Shown: positions 1 through 13,619, counted from the first letter of the stretch. The stretch: DNA of 64,000 bases from Nemertoderma westbladi (GCA_032718475.1 JAUCBJ010006842.1:62001-126000); one strand, 5' to 3'. The notes: a model not told the origin generated them from the sequence alone. A program made the numbers and translations.

Positions 1-480
1 GAACTTCGACTAATTTTTAAAATTAAAATAATGAGGAATGTAAATAACTTAGAGTACTGACTCTTATTTACAGAGACTTGTTAGATACATACACTACTAG
101 AGATTTGGAGCAGGTGTGCATCCTAATTTTAAGTCACCATCGACAAATACAATATTTAGATAGAGTTTGTTTAGTTGGCTGGACCTATGTATAAGTGACG
201 AAATGGAATCAAAAGAAAAATATGTTACGATATGAGTATATTTCGGGCAACAGCCCTTTATCAACTCACGGTAAAATGTACGTAAAAAAAATGTACAGTA
301 TGTAAAAAATTATCTAATGATAACACCGGTGACCTGGCCAAGAACCTACCTACAGAAAATACAATATTTGCTAAACCTTTCCCCCAATCTTAAGCCAATC
401 TCAAGCCGAGTCTGTGAGTGTAGTAATTAGTATAAAGATAATTATTAGCTCACAAAAAACATAATCAGTTATATTCTACT

Positions 481-499
481 CACACACACACACACACAC
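481..499. repeat. (CA)n microsatellite
   Basis: cacacacacacacacacac seen directly. Confidence 0.9.
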
Positions 500-761
500 C
501 CCTACACACTGACATTGGAAAACAAGTTTTGTATAATTATAACTTAGGAAAATTATTTAAAATCACATGTAATTAAGGTTATTAGTTAATTATAGTAAAA
601 ATAATCCACTAAAATAAGATAATCAGTATTTCGTGAGGTTTTTCTTCAGTATTATATAATATTATAATTTTTAAAATCACACTGAAATACCCCAAAAACG
701 ATTTTAGATACTTAAAACTCCGTATAACTGAAAATATAATAATTTCAGTAGGAAATACTTA

Positions 762-1388
762 CAGCCGCCATATCGTCCGCGGCAATAAATAATTTCGTGA
801 AACGTGAAGATGAAAAAGGAAGAGGTATAACCCTCTCCCCATCTATATCTTGGACGTCGAGTTCTACCTCGCATTCCAAAACCCACTGTTTCTGGCCCGC
901 CTTTGAGCTTCTGCAGCAGGGGCAAGAACAGTAGTCTCCATATAACCCCTGGCATATTGCACCACGGCAATTATTAACCATCTTTGCCTAAAGGTAAATA
1001 GTTTAATATTCAGATAAGATAATAAATATTGCATTACAATAATTAGCCCGACAGATATTCCATTATACCTTGCATAGAAGAATATATTTTGTTAAAAAAT
1101 TTGATGATCGATGATGATGATGGCGTTGATGTTGAGCTCCTCAACTCGGAGTGTTAATCCCTTCAAATCATCGTTATCTACAACAACATTTGTAATGAAT
1201 GTATCAATGGTTGGGGCGGCCAATACTTCTATGGAGTTATTACTTATTGTTGGTATGTGTGACTCCTCTTCCCTCTAAAACCAGGTTCAAGTAATCTAAC
1301 GAAACCTCCAACCACCACACTAGCACCAAAAATTGGTCGCTGCAGACCCTTTTGGTGTTGATGCTAGGTTTCTCCGGAAGCCAGATCT
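762..1388 (-). pseudogene. Possible decayed exons of an unidentified gene (Cys-rich, weakly OB-fold-like)
   Basis: GC-richer islands bounded on the minus strand by splice-like signals: acceptor tttag near 989, donor gtaagt near 761, acceptor ttatag near 1389. Peptide GDYCSCPCCRSSK...WVLECEVELD. The upstream island has frameshifts and stops. No family recognised. Confidence 0.2.
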
Positions 1389-3582
1389 CTATAAACAATA
1401 AAAATTAAATAAAGTACTATTGTATACCTAATAATAATTAGAGTAATAGCTTATTTACATTACATCTTTGTAAAGATTCATTATCAAAATTTTTCTTACT
1501 AAAATTTTTCTGTAGAAACTACTCATTGACTAATAGATCATTCAATAGCTTATGACCTTGAAGTTATGGGTTCGATACTGGGACATTGCTTTATGTTTTT
1601 TTTGTTTTATTGTGCAAAAAATATAATCCTGCCCTGAAATATAATATTTGATCTCTATTATTTACCATAACTTGTACTTATTCTTGTAATTATAACTAAT
1701 TACGGAATTAACTTTTGTGTTTTACTGATATAGTGTAATGTTATATGATTTACCAATGCCTTCACTACTATAAGTAATGGTGTATAATTTACCATAACTT
1801 TTCAGTGAGTGCATGGATTTTGCTATAATTACGTGCAAACCTTTTCTACTGAAATGCTCTTTCAAAAAATTTAAGAAAATTTAAGAAATTTCACCAAAAA
1901 TATTTAATTTTATTTTTTAAACAGGAAAAAAATAAAATCAATGGATTCCTATGGGATATATTTTTTCCTACAGAAAAAAATTGCAACTTTTTCTCCCGAT
2001 TTTGGTCTAAATTCGAGCGAAAAAAGTAATAATTTAAGAATAAAGATTAACTTAACTTATGTTAACTATGTAGTACAGTTCTACTGTACATAAGTAATTT
2101 GTTGCTAGAAAAACTATTATTTATTGAAAAATAACCATTTTTAAACTTTGAACTGCCTTTTATAGAAAACGGAAACCTATTTTTGTAATTTATTGAAATT
2201 TTTGATGACAGAAAGAGCTTCTCATTGGCTATTAGTCTTGTTATCACTTCACTAATAATGAAGGCATTCTTTGACCTAATAATCCAAGACATTTCTCGTT
2301 TGTGGATTCGTTCTGTAAGGTGGTTGATACAATGCAATACCCATCAATAAAGTGACTCATATTCACTTCTCTATGCAAATATCGACAGCCTATGACAATC
2401 GTTGAAGAGCTTCCCATTACCATGACCCACACAATCTCCTATATATAGTTAGTTACCATGTCATTAAGCGTTACCACCCCAGTAAAACAAACAACATGCC
2501 TCATCTCCCCTATTCCTTATAGGCATTGGCCATTTGAAACACCAATAGATTGCATTACGCCAGCATCTAATCCAATGACAAGAAAGCCTTATATGATAAT
2601 TAATGGTTGACATCCAGGATACAATTTAACCCTGAAACATTGCACGATGGATATTGAATATTCTCTATCTATACATGCTTGTAAAAATTATTAAATTTGT
2701 GATGCCACATGCTTATATTGATAACATTACACTACACTATCTCCCTTACAACAACCATTTATGACAAGTCGGAGCTGCTACCCCATAATATTTTTTAAAA
2801 TTTCAATTAAATATCAAGAAATTAGGTATGAAGATAGATCGATAACTTTTATTACTCATACTGACCTGGGCGGATTATTAAATTTTCAAATTAATTAGTA
2901 TACAACAAGCCGTTAAAAATTAATATTGCTTAATTTCTGTTCGCTATAATTTTTACCTTTTCAATTAAATATCACTATCAATAGAACATCCTTCATCTGC
3001 AGATTCCTAATCTTAAAACGTTTTTAAATTTTACCAGAAATTGCCAGATTTTAAATGTAAATTAAAGTAAAGTCAAAATTAAAGGTGTAAATGTTAAGAA
3101 ATTAATCTCTATAATTATAATTTTTTTTTACTCAATTCTAGAATATTGATTATGCATATTAAAGAAACAAGATGGAGACTTTTAATCGCCTAGCTAACTA
3201 ATAATTAATGTTCTAGAATAAAAACAGAAAAACATTAGAATTATATTTATTCGCGACTCATATAATACACCTTAGAATTTTGATAAAATCTTTTAATTTA
3301 AAACGATTTTCTAGAATCAGATTCTCCATCTGAAGGCGGCTCTAATGAAATCTAAATTATATTTCCAACACTAAAACTAAAGGCAAAATAAATTGTAAAA
3401 TATTGCTAAATGGCGTTTTAAAAGTGGTTGATGTAGCTAAATAATATTAAAATTTTAATCGGGCAAGGTGAGGTATAAAAAAACTATCTTTATAGAGAAT
3501 TTTGTAGTTCATTTGATTGAAATTTTTTTTTTCTCTAGCGGTAGGACTGTATATTGAATTAAGCTTAAAAGGGTCACATTAT

Positions 3583-5860
3583 GACAATTGACAATAACAA
3601 TAACAATTCGGACAGATAAGGCCCTATATACAGCTTAGTTATTATATCAGATTAGAGTTGCTAGGAGTGACAGTTGTAAATATATGGTAAACAATAAACT
3701 TTATAAAATAAAAATATACTAGACCGACGGGCGCGCTGACTCACAACCCAAGCCACAAAATAGAAGGCACATCAATAAACATAAAAAATAAAAATAATAT
3801 AATGTAGCAACATACAGTGAAATTTAATTTACATTACCAAATGAATCTATTTAATTAGCTAACAAAGACAGTTGAAGGGAAAAGGTATATATGCAATCAA
3901 GTAAGTAAATATTTTGGGCTAATGGTTTTGTTTTATTGTGAAAGTAGCCGAAAACGCTGAGTAGAGACAATAAAGGTGTTTAGAAGGGAGAAATATTTGT
4001 TGTAATCGGTCGCAGATATACCTTGTCCCTCTAATACAGAGTTTAATAACAGTGAAGCCCCCAGAGCTTACAACCCAACCTTCAGTTTACGGTGGGCCCC
4101 AGAGTAACTCGGACAAGTTATAAAAAAGTGAAAGGCGTTTTCTGTGGCAGCACCGCATGAGGTGCACTCAGGTGAGTCCTGAAAGTGCCTGGATACCATG
4201 TCTGCAGATAATTCACTACACCGCAGTCGCAACTGGCAGACAATGATTTGAAATTTGCGGGTTCCAACACAGTAAAATGGTTTGATAACATTATTTGAAA
4301 TGAGTCGGGATTTAAACGACGGGAGAGGGAGTGAACGTGTTGAAAAAGGGACATCGTTCCATTTTTTTAATAGTGTTTGGAAAGAAAGATTTGCCATAAA
4401 GGTCTTTACGGTACGATATTTGGGAAATGTTGGCGCTGTTTCTGAGAGGGTAACTATGTGATGGGTTTTGCCCTACTGTAATTGGGATTCTGGAAAATAA
4501 GTACTCCGGAGTTAATAATTTTATAAAAAGTTATTAAGCAGATGGCTGAGCGCCTGGAAGAGAGACTCTGTATGTTGAATTCGGTATATAACTTGCTATG
4601 TGAAGTGCGAGATGGAGCAGCACCAGTGGCAATTCTTAGAATTTCAAATTAAAAATTGTCAAGTAGTTCAGACATTTCTTGAGATATGTTGTTCCAGACC
4701 GCACAGCCGTATTCCAGTTTAGGACGTATAAATGTTTTGTATATTTTTAGTATTGCATCTTTGGATAGGACGTATTTAGTTTTCCGCAGAACCAATAGAT
4801 TTCTCGAAACTGAGTTAATTAGTTCTAGGACATGGTCATTGAACTTGAAATTGGAAGAAAATACCAGTCCCAGGTGTTTGTGAGTCTCACCACACGGAAG
4901 GGCCTCACCATTTAGATGTAGTGACACTGTCTGGTAGGGGATCGAACCACACATAGTCATTACAATGGTTTTCTCTGGGTTAAAAGTTACGAGCCATTTA
5001 GTAGCCCAAGTGCGTAGTTCATGAAGTTCGTGGTTAAGAAAGTGAGCGCGCACAACAGGATGACTGATTCTAGATGAAAGAGATGTATCGTCAGCAAACA
5101 GTGAACAGTTTGCCGACAATACATCAACAAGGTCATTTATGTAAATAATAAATAAGATGGGACCGAGCACACTTCCCTGGGGTACACCAGCGAGCACCGC
5201 CAGAAACAGTGAGCATGTCCCATCTAGTACTACACGCTGCCAACGCCCTGATAAATAACATTGGAACCATGCCAATAAACGACCGCGGATTCCCATTCTA
5301 TATAATTTTTCAAGGAGACCTGCGTGCCATACCCTGTCAAAGGCTTTTGTGACATCACAGAATATTACTTGTGTGACGTCGCCTTCGTCCCAGGCCTGGC
5401 ACCAGGAGTCGTATAGGAAGAGAAGTTGGTTTTGGCAACTATCGCCGGGAATAAATCCTGATTGTCGTTTCGATATTTTATGCCATAGGAAATTCCAGAT
5501 ATGCTTTCTGACAACAGTTTCAAAAAGCTTGGAAAGGTTATTTAATATAGAAATTGGGCGATAGTTGCCAGAATTATAAAATTCTCCTTTTTTAAAAATT
5601 GGAGTAATATTAGAATACTTCCAGGATTGTGGAAAAATAGAAATGTTAAGTAACGCGTTAAATAAAATAGTTAGACCAACTATTAAAGAGCCGGATAATG
5701 ATTTAATAACTCTGTTACTTATTCCATCGATACCAGGAGATCCATTCGTTTTTAAGGATGAAATACCTGCACCTACGTCCTCTTCTGAAATCTGTATGTG
5801 CTCTAGGACTGCTTATTCAGGGACGCCCTGAACAGTCGAGGGGTCGGGGTGTAGTGAAGT
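3583..5860 (-). mobile_element. CR1-group (CR1/L2/Crack-like) LINE, RT and 3' part, decayed
   Basis: RT motifs NYRPIS, KAFDRVWH, GVPQGSVLGP, LFADD, KHLG, IRPKLEY. C-terminal Cys/His motif CTSCG...NAFHFFITCPSY (4068-4397). (ATTGTT)n-like tail near 3583-3606. Contains frameshifts and stops. Confidence 0.9.
4649..5810 (-). pseudogene. LINE ORF2 reverse transcriptase domain
   Basis: ORF 4649-5296 extends upstream in frame through GSPGIDGISN...WKYSNITPIFKKG...NYRPIS to a stop near 5814. Confidence 0.9.
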
Positions 5861-6095
5861 TGTGGTATCATACTAACTAGTTTGGTATTATGTGCCAAAT
5901 GAACTAAATGAACAACTAACTGTATGTATCTGGTGGTGGTTATACTATAGGTTAACAGCTGTTGGATCCTATTCAAGAGGCGATTGATATACAGTGTTCG
6001 GGTGATGGGGTTTGGCTTGTATTATTATTTTTATCATTTATATGTTTATTGATTATATTGGATAAGTAAAACATTTTACAGTTCGTAATAATACA
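5861..6095 (+). repeat. Putative 5' LTR of the Gypsy element
   Basis: Starts TGT exactly where the LINE RT sequence stops and ends ACA directly before the PBS. No second copy to confirm. Confidence 0.6.
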
Positions 6096-6105
6096 TGGCG
6101 CTGTG
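6096..6105 (+). promoter_or_regulatory. Primer-binding site, tRNA-Ser-like
   Basis: TGGCGCTGTG directly after CA, complementary to the 3' end of tRNA-Ser(CGA)-type tRNAs (from memory of that tRNA). Confidence 0.6.
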
Positions 6106-6184
6106 TGTGAAAAAATTTATACAGTAATATTTCGTTTATTTTGTCTGTTTTATCTCGGCAATCTATGTTACTGGTTAACACGTT

Positions 6185-7190
6185 ATGCCTACTAAAGCAG
6201 ACCTAGAAGAAGAGGTCCGGTTGTTAAAACAACAACTAGAGGAAGCACAAGCGACTACTACCATGGAAGCCAGCGGTGTGAGCTCGGACTTTCTCAAGGG
6301 TATGGCCTTGCTTCTTAAACAATCAGACGATCGTGCAGCAGCTAATCAACAAGTGCTTCATGATATGATCGTCAGCAGTCGCCAACCTCCAGTAGGGGGC
6401 CCACTCCCTACTGCAGCTAGGGGGACCCGTCCACTTCGTATGGAAACGCCAAAGTTAGGCTCACCCGAGTCAATGACACTCACTATGTTAGAAGATTGGA
6501 AATGTCGCTGGGAGGACTACAAGGTGGGACTCCGCCTGGCTGAGGAAACATTGCCAGTGCAGCGTTACTAGACCGTGGAGAATTTCACACACGGACTCAG
6601 GGTCGTGGTGAGAAGTTCAATGACTTATTTGTAGCCCTCCGCGTTTTAGACCGAGCCTGTGCGTGGGAAAATTGTATCAATGCTTCGGCACATCAAGAAG
6701 AGCGTTTGGTAGGCAAAATTGTTTCTGGGTTGGCGAATGCCCGCATTCGCCAGGAGATTCTTAAAACTCCTTTAGAAGACCTAAAGTTGGATGGTGTACT
6801 TCAGACGTGCCGTACAATGGAGTCCAGCATTGAAGTGGATGGGAAACTTAACTCCCAAGGATCACTACCAGTCACCATGGTTCATCAGCGAGATGATAAT
6901 GAAAGCGATGGTGAGCTATGGTATGATGATAGTGCAGTTAGCGCACTTTCACGCTCAAGTTATAAGATAGGCAAAAACGCGCGGGACACAAGCGTTAAAA
7001 TGCAGCAGAGCCATAACCAACAGAATGCAGCGACTTGCAAAAACTGTGGATTGACCAACCATTCCCCTGGTCAAGCATGCCCAGCACGTGTAGTGAGATG
7101 CTATACTTGTGGAAAATCAGGCACTTTGGTCGAGTTTGCCGCCAAGGTAAGAACAATCCCCCAGTAAGGCCCAAAACCCCAGGGGCTATT
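6185..7190 (+). pseudogene. gag: Gypsy gag (stop, internal deletion, frameshift)
   Basis: IVSGLANARIRQEIL motif. Two zinc knuckles: CKNCGLTNHSPGQAC and CYTCGKSG/HFGRVC, the second split by a frameshift. Confidence 0.85.
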
Positions 7191-10100
7191 AACCACTTGT
7201 TTATTGGAAGCATTACTAAAGGCGATTCTGATGTCCCAATTCACTCCAGTTTAGATGGCGGGGACCCATCTACAATGGTCTGGTTATGTGATCCAGGTGC
7301 ATTCGCGAACATTATATCTTGTCAGGACTTAGCCATTCTCGGTGAGGGGCGCCATGATGTCAAAATGGGCCCCGACCATGATACTCTCACTGGTCCAGAT
7401 GGTCATGTATTAGCGTCGTTTGGGGTGGTGAGTATTAAATTCCAGCTATATGATAGAGTGTATACAGCGATGGTCCATGTTCTAGAAAATGCTCGTACAC
7501 CATTGTTATCACGAGAGGGTTGTATTGCTTTGGGTCTTATTCCGCCTGGATGGCCTGTTTCAGTAGCCCAGTCTGGGTGGGAAAATCCAACAATTGGTGC
7601 ACCGCTAAAATATAGTACTGAGTTGGATAGCCAGTTCTCTCTGTCAGCACTTTCGAATTCAACTCAAATCACACCTACATCAGTGGGATGGGGAGCTATG
7701 TCCCCAGATATGGAATTATTACCAGCTCCTGTAAGGGCAGCTCCAGCTAAAGGTGTATTAGCAACCCAGGAGAGTTGGTTTGCAGAGTTTGGGGATGTAT
7801 TCCCTGAACTACATGATGATACACCATTATCCACAATGGCTGGACCGGAAATGGTAATTAATTTAAAGCCGGGTGCAATGCCATCAGCTAGGTATCGACC
7901 ATACCCAATACCAATTCATTGGCAAGAAAAAGTCCATGATATGTTATTAGCTATGGAGTCCAAAGGTGTAATTGAGAGGGTGCCAGTACATGAGGTGTCT
8001 GACTGGGTGCATCCAATGGTGGTGGTCCCTAAGAAAAACTCGACAGAACCAAGAATTACTGTCGACTTCACTGCTTTAAATCGGCATGTGCGGCGACCAG
8101 GCTACCCTACAAGGATACCAGCGCATGAGGTAGCCCAGATTCAGCCGGGAATGAGGCTGTTCAGAACTTTTGATGCGCGTCATGGGTACTGGCAGGTGCC
8201 CTTAGCAAAGGAGAGCCCGCGCCCTGACCACCTTCATTACACCATGGGGTCGTATGAGGTTCTTAAGAAATGTAATGGGCTTGATCAGTGCTGGTGACAA
8301 GCACAATAGCCGAATTGATAATGCGCTGCAGGGTATACCTAACGTATACAGTATCGTTGAGGACATTGTGGCATGTGATATTGATTCTGATGCTCACGAG
8401 GATCGAGTGCGCACCATTCTCCAGCGCTGTCGCAGTCATAAGATCACATTGAATCGTAATAAATTTGTCTATGCACAGCCTCAAGTAGAATGGTGTGGCT
8501 ACAACTTATCAGAAGAGGGTTACAGAATGTCAAACAACTTAGTTGAGGCTTTGTCATCATTTCCAGTACCACAATCTCGCACTGATACAAGGTCTTTTTG
8601 TGGTTTAGTGCAGCAGTTTAATGCATTTTCCACAGATATCGCCTTGTTGTCAGCACCAATTACCGCATTGCTATCGCCTAAGGTCCCATTTGTATGGGAG
8701 GCCCCTCAGCAAAAGGCATTTGATGACCTAATAGCAGTGTTAACTTCGAACCAGGTGTTAGCCCACTATAATCCAGGCTTAAAGATGCGCCTTGAAACTG
8801 ACGCTGCACAGTCTAAAGGCCTGGGTTTTGCATTATGGCAACAATAGCCACATACCACAGAAGCAGATATCGTTTGGCGTCTTATCCAGTGTGGCTCCAG
8901 AATGGTAACACAGACTGAAGCTCGGTACTCAGCCACAGAAATTGAGTTATTAGCGGTAGTTTGGGCGGTTCGAAAATGTGGCATGTTCCTCCATGGGGCC
9001 CATTTTGATCTAATTGTCGACCATAAGCCCCTAGTGTCTATACTAAACCATAAGCCATTAGATGAGATCGATTCACCCCGTATCATGAGGCTCAAGGAGA
9101 AGCTGGCATGTGTAGACTTGACATCAATCTGGAGGAAAGGATCGGCTCATACTATTGTGGACACCTTCTCTAGGTTTCCGGTTTGCCCACCAGACATGGA
9201 AGATGAAGAAGGTGGGGCAGAAATAGAGCACTGTATTAATCTTGTGGCTACCAATGCGGTAAATATTGGTAGTGCAAAGATAGACCCTGATTTAGCCTTA
9301 GAGAAGATTAAGGAAGCTGGTGCAGCTGATGGGGAATACATGAAATTGTTTGACCTAGTAACTAAGGCTGCATTTCCAAACGAGAAATACATGTTGGACT
9401 TAGAATTAAGGCCATACTGGGCTGTTCGGGACGGCCTATCGGCTTATGATGGTATGGTCCTATATGGCAGTCGCATCGTAGTTCCGAAGCAGATGCGTCA
9501 CAAGATACTACTTGGGCTCCATGCCGCACACCAAGGACAAAAAAGAGCTCTTCAGCGCGCAAGGGAGTGCGTGTTTTGGCCTGGGCTTACAAATGATGTG
9601 GCCAACCAGGTTCGCAGTTGCCCCGAATGTGAAACCCATAAAGCAAGTTACCGACAAGAGCCATTTATCCACGACATAAGACCAGTGTTTGCAGGTGAGG
9701 CTATATCTGCAGATTTATTTTTTTATGCGGGAGTTCAGTACTTAGTCATTACGGATAAATACTCTGGTTGGCCCGAAGTATACCCATGCGGGAAAAGAGG
9801 GGTGAACACATCACATACAATCGGCCATTTGGTGTCATGGATTAAGGAATTTGGTTTTCCACGACGTCTAACTACAGACAATGGCTCGCAATTTTCGTCC
9901 AACGAGTTTGCGACCTTCTGCTCAGACAATAACATAAACCATGACCCTTCGTCCCCTCACCACCACCAGGCAAATAGTTATGGTGAGGCGGCTGTGAAGA
10001 GTATGAAGGAGATGTTAATAAAGGTGAGCCCATCAGGTGACACAACCACAATCAATTTCGCCATTGCTATGTTAGAATATCGCAACACACCTCGAAAAGA

Positions 10101-10215
10101 TGGCCTCAGCCCAACCCAATGGCGACTAGGACACCATACTCAGACTACATTGCCTATGACCAACTATGCCAGGATAACGGAAACGCAACGTGGAGCAGCT
10201 GAATCTAAAGTCTAA
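7190..10215 (+). pseudogene. pol: Gypsy pol (protease, RT, RNase H, integrase), disrupted
   Basis: PR WLCDPGA. RT WVHPMVVVPK, VDFTALN, DARHGYWQVPL, degenerate VEDI. RH TDAA, ELLAVVWA, DHKPL. IN HAAHQG...CPEC, DLF, DNG, E. Frameshift near 8220 and stop at 8847. Confidence 0.92.
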
Positions 10216-10453
10216 AACGACAAAAAATATATTATAGTTTCCATTAACTGATCAAGGCTAGATAAGCAAAACATAGTATATGTATGTGTATGTACAGATA
10301 TTGTATGTTAAGTATGAACCTGTTTATTCAAAGCGACAATTTGGCGGCGGTAGTAGTACTAGTACATAGTACACTGCTGCATGATGCAACAGCGGTACGA
10401 AAAACGTAAAAGATACTAGGAACCAGTATAGAATAGGCCAATTTGCCAAACGT

Positions 10454-11203
10454 CTACTCGCCTTTACTTAGACCTGAACCACGAATTAGAGTGCCGATGT
10501 CCACATCGCTGTGGATTGGCACAGGTTTGACACCCTCCTGGGCCTTAGCCATGATGGTTCCATTGAATGTATATGCCGAGTGAAGCAGACCATTCCGTTT
10601 GTGCTCCTTTAAAGTACTGAGTAGAGTGGCACGTCTTTTCGTCAGATGTTCGGTAATAAAGAGGCCGTTTGAAGCAACCAAACCCTTGTTTTTCATAACA
10701 TGGATTTTCTTTGCCTGGGACAGAAGACAGACTAGAACGGGTCGCGATTTAACATGGTCATTCTTCTTTACCCCGAAACGATGAGAGATATCTATGTCAG
10801 AAGGCTGCAACCCGAGATCGTGAAGAACTGGATGGTGATCTTTATTCTCTGGCAGATTGTGAATCAGGAAATTGGACCTTCGAGAGAGCTGATCGAGGTC
10901 ATCGAACTTTGTATCAAATGTGGCTAATCTAGACTTAAGCGAAGCCGCTTCTATCTCAAGTTGATCGACGCGAAGTAGTAAGGCGGACAGTTCCGACGTG
11001 TCTTTTTTGATGGACGATACTTCCTTCTTAAGGCTGGTGATATCGTTAATTACTTTCTTCAGGGGCGCAACCTCAGACTTGAGGAAGGAGATATCGTCGG
11101 AAAGCTTGCTTATAGCAGAAAGGATTTCGGAATTGCTGCCGTCTAACTCCTTGTTGGTAGCAGGTGTATTAGAGGAAGAACGTGACTGAGTTGAATGAGA
11201 CAT
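10454..11203 (-). CDS. LINE ORF1 protein (coiled coil plus RRM-like domain, CR1/L2/Crack type)
   Basis: Heptad region, LDQLSRRSNFLIHNLPE, DIDISHRFG, RPVLV, FITEHLT, AYTFNGTI: the typical ORF1 motif series. Same strand as the RT at 4.6-5.8 kb. Confidence 0.85.
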   Translation of the reverse strand: MSHSTQSRSSSNTPATNKELDGSNSEILSAISKLSDDISFLKSEVAPLKKVINDITSLKKEVSSIKKDTSELSALLLRVDQLEIEAASLKSRLATFDTKFDDLDQLSRRSNFLIHNLPENKDHHPVLHDLGLQPSDIDISHRFGVKKNDHVKSRPVLVCLLSQAKKIHVMKNKGLVASNGLFITEHLTKRRATLLSTLKEHKRNGLLHSAYTFNGTIMAKAQEGVKPVPIHSDVDIGTLIRGSGLSKGE

Positions 11204-11401
11204 CGCATACAGTTATATGTAGAGCTGTTTTGAGGATGAGTTATATTTGCCGAGTACCGATATTGTGTAAATACTTAGAAATGCGCTACCGGTTGCCGGT
11301 AATAATAAGCAGGTATGTGTCCCACAGGCAGGTTGTTAGGGTCTGACAGCAGAGCCTACCACATCATAATAACGGTAAGTACAGCAGTGATTGAAATTTA
11401 A

Positions 11402-12147
11402 GGGGGGGGGGGGGGGGGGGGGGTACACCATTTTGGTCCAAAATATGTCGAAATTTTTTTATGGTCTAGTATAATGCACCATTCAATGGTGTTTTCAAAT
11501 CTGAAAACCGCTATTTAATAGCTCTGTTAGTTTTCAAGTTATGTAAATTTCCATTTAGGGAATCCTATTGAAATTACATTATTGAAATTAAATAGTATAA
11601 TGAAAGGTCGATTATCTCCAAATATTTTTTTCATGAAATTAACTTCAAAACCCTACTACTTCTACAATTTTTGAGTAATTAGTCTGAAACTTCCTGTGGG
11701 TGTCTAGATAGCTACCCTGCATAAAAGTATCAGACAGCGTTTCTAAATTTTTTGTTAATAAAATTTAATACTATTTATAAAAAACCTAAAAATTAGCATA
11801 AATTTTCAGCGCCACTTAGCGGTGCAGAATTATTTTAACAAAATTTCGCCTAATAGTTATGTTGCCCCATCTTTGATCTATCATATAAAAAAACTTTCAT
11901 GTGATTAGATTCAAAACTGTAAAAGCCTTGGGGTTTTAAGCGCAACCAAGTTTCTTTTATGTTAACTAGTATTAACTAATATTAAATATCGGAAAAAAAA
12001 AATTGTCTGACCTGTCATGTACAGTAGAATAGCATCTTAGGCACCTATATTCCAAATTTTAGCCAAAACCAAACAATTTTGAAACGCTGAGAGTGAAAAA
12101 TCGAAGAGTTGTCCGAAAATGGTGTACCCCCCCCCCCCCCCCCCCCC
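11402..12147. mobile_element. Non-autonomous Kolobok-type DNA transposon (MITE)
   Basis: TTAA on both sides (11398-11401, 12148-12151). Inverted termini G22-TACACCATTTT and AAAATGGTGTA-C21. TTAA TSD with GG termini is the Kolobok signature. Confidence 0.8.
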
Positions 12148-12454
12148 TTAACAACAATTAGAAGGATGGGGGGGGGGGGGGAACTCCTATTTCCTAAAAA
12201 AGTTTTTTGGGTTAAGGAAGATATATTGTAGTAATTGCATATTGTAACATTACTAACGAATGTAAATATGAAGAACATGTAGCATCGGGGTGATAGAGAC
12301 ATCGTGGTTTGAACTTTGTTTGTATTAACTGTTTGTTTATATCTATTGATTTTCGTGAGAATTTGCAAGTCCCAATCATCGATGTGTGAATTAAGAGACG
12401 GCGGATTAACAATCTCCCAACTAAGTTTGGAGACAACTAAGTTTAAACTAAGTT

Positions 12455-13575
12455 TGATGCAAAGCGACCGGCTGATTGGCTGATTTGTTATATGAGGGGC
12501 TCTTTACTATGTTCTATCGGCCAACCAGAGCTATAGCAGCAGAGTATGCAACCAGGGCAACCGAGCGGAGTGACTCATTTTGTGTGTTGGCCAAGGGCTG
12601 CAAAAATCCTGATAGTTCGGCATTTAGATATTCGTGGAACCTGTGGAATCTGGTGTTCTGCCAATGAGAGCGATTCCTCTCTGTGTAAAAAGATACCTGC
12701 AACGGTGTTAGAGTCAGAGAGTGTTTTTGTTACTTTGTGTTATTGCTATCTAGGCCAGGAACAACGGCTCTAGAGTCAATTCGTTTTCATACTTTAGAAG
12801 AAACATTAGTAGGCTTAAATTATAGAGCGTATAACTGTTATCAGTGCAGTCTTGTCACATCTTGTCATATCATATCTTAACATACCGTCTTAATGCTGTT
12901 TACTGTTGTGTTTTGGTTGAATATTATTTGGAGAACATATATAAAGAACCCAAATTTCCCAATTTTCTTGATACACTACAGGTTAGAGAGACGGGTTATA
13001 TACAGCGATTGCGACTTATATTATTGTGTATGTAGTGAATTTAATGCTATTTGATAAGCACTACATTGGTCCGTTACTGTTCTCTTTATATATGATAAAA
13101 TTCATTGACGGTCGGCAAATTAGTGGGCAGTATTGTATGTTACCGGTAGTGTGCATGATTGTGACTGATAACTAAGCATTTCCTAAAGAATGCGCCTCAT
13201 ACGTGAATCTTAAGCCTTACCGACTTGCCGTTGTGATTAGTATAAGTCATATCTCTGTTTACCTAGATAGAGCGCCACGTCCTAAAGGAACTGCTAATAT
13301 TTCCCGAAAGTGAATAATATTAGTCAGAAATTAATTATTAACGATCAATCGAATAATACAGTACAGTAAGCTTACACTGCAATAATAATCTAAGCCCTCA
13401 GAATCCAGTCTCCCGGGAATATCCAGCGGGTGAATGGACGCGCACTAGGCTGGCTTCTGCTAATGTTGTGTTTATTGGTATTAAATATTTGTCATCTTCT
13501 AAAGTCTATTTATAAACCAAAAGACATATAAATTTTGGCAGGTTAAACTGCTAAAGGTCTTCAAAAGCGCGTACA
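12455..13575 (+). repeat. 5' LTR-like direct repeat
   Basis: Begins TGATGCAAAGCG and ends GCGCGTACA. About 7 substitutions versus 23018-24138 by eye. Confidence 0.95.
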
Positions 13576-13619
13576 ATAACAGTTATTGACTTTATTGCAG
13601 TAAGCAATAAAGTTGAAAG

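Larger units (their letters stand above)
5861..10240 (+). mobile_element. Ty3/Gypsy (Mag-like) LTR retrotransposon, decayed, 3' LTR missing
   Basis: Domain order gag-PR-RT-RH-IN. Putative 5' LTR TGT...ACA followed by PBS. Multiple stops and frameshifts. No second LTR after the integrase. Confidence 0.9.

Noticed and set aside
12476-13035. Small ORFs duplicated at 23039-23598
   Set aside because: Chance ORFs inside the LTR-like repeats, duplicated only because the LTR is.
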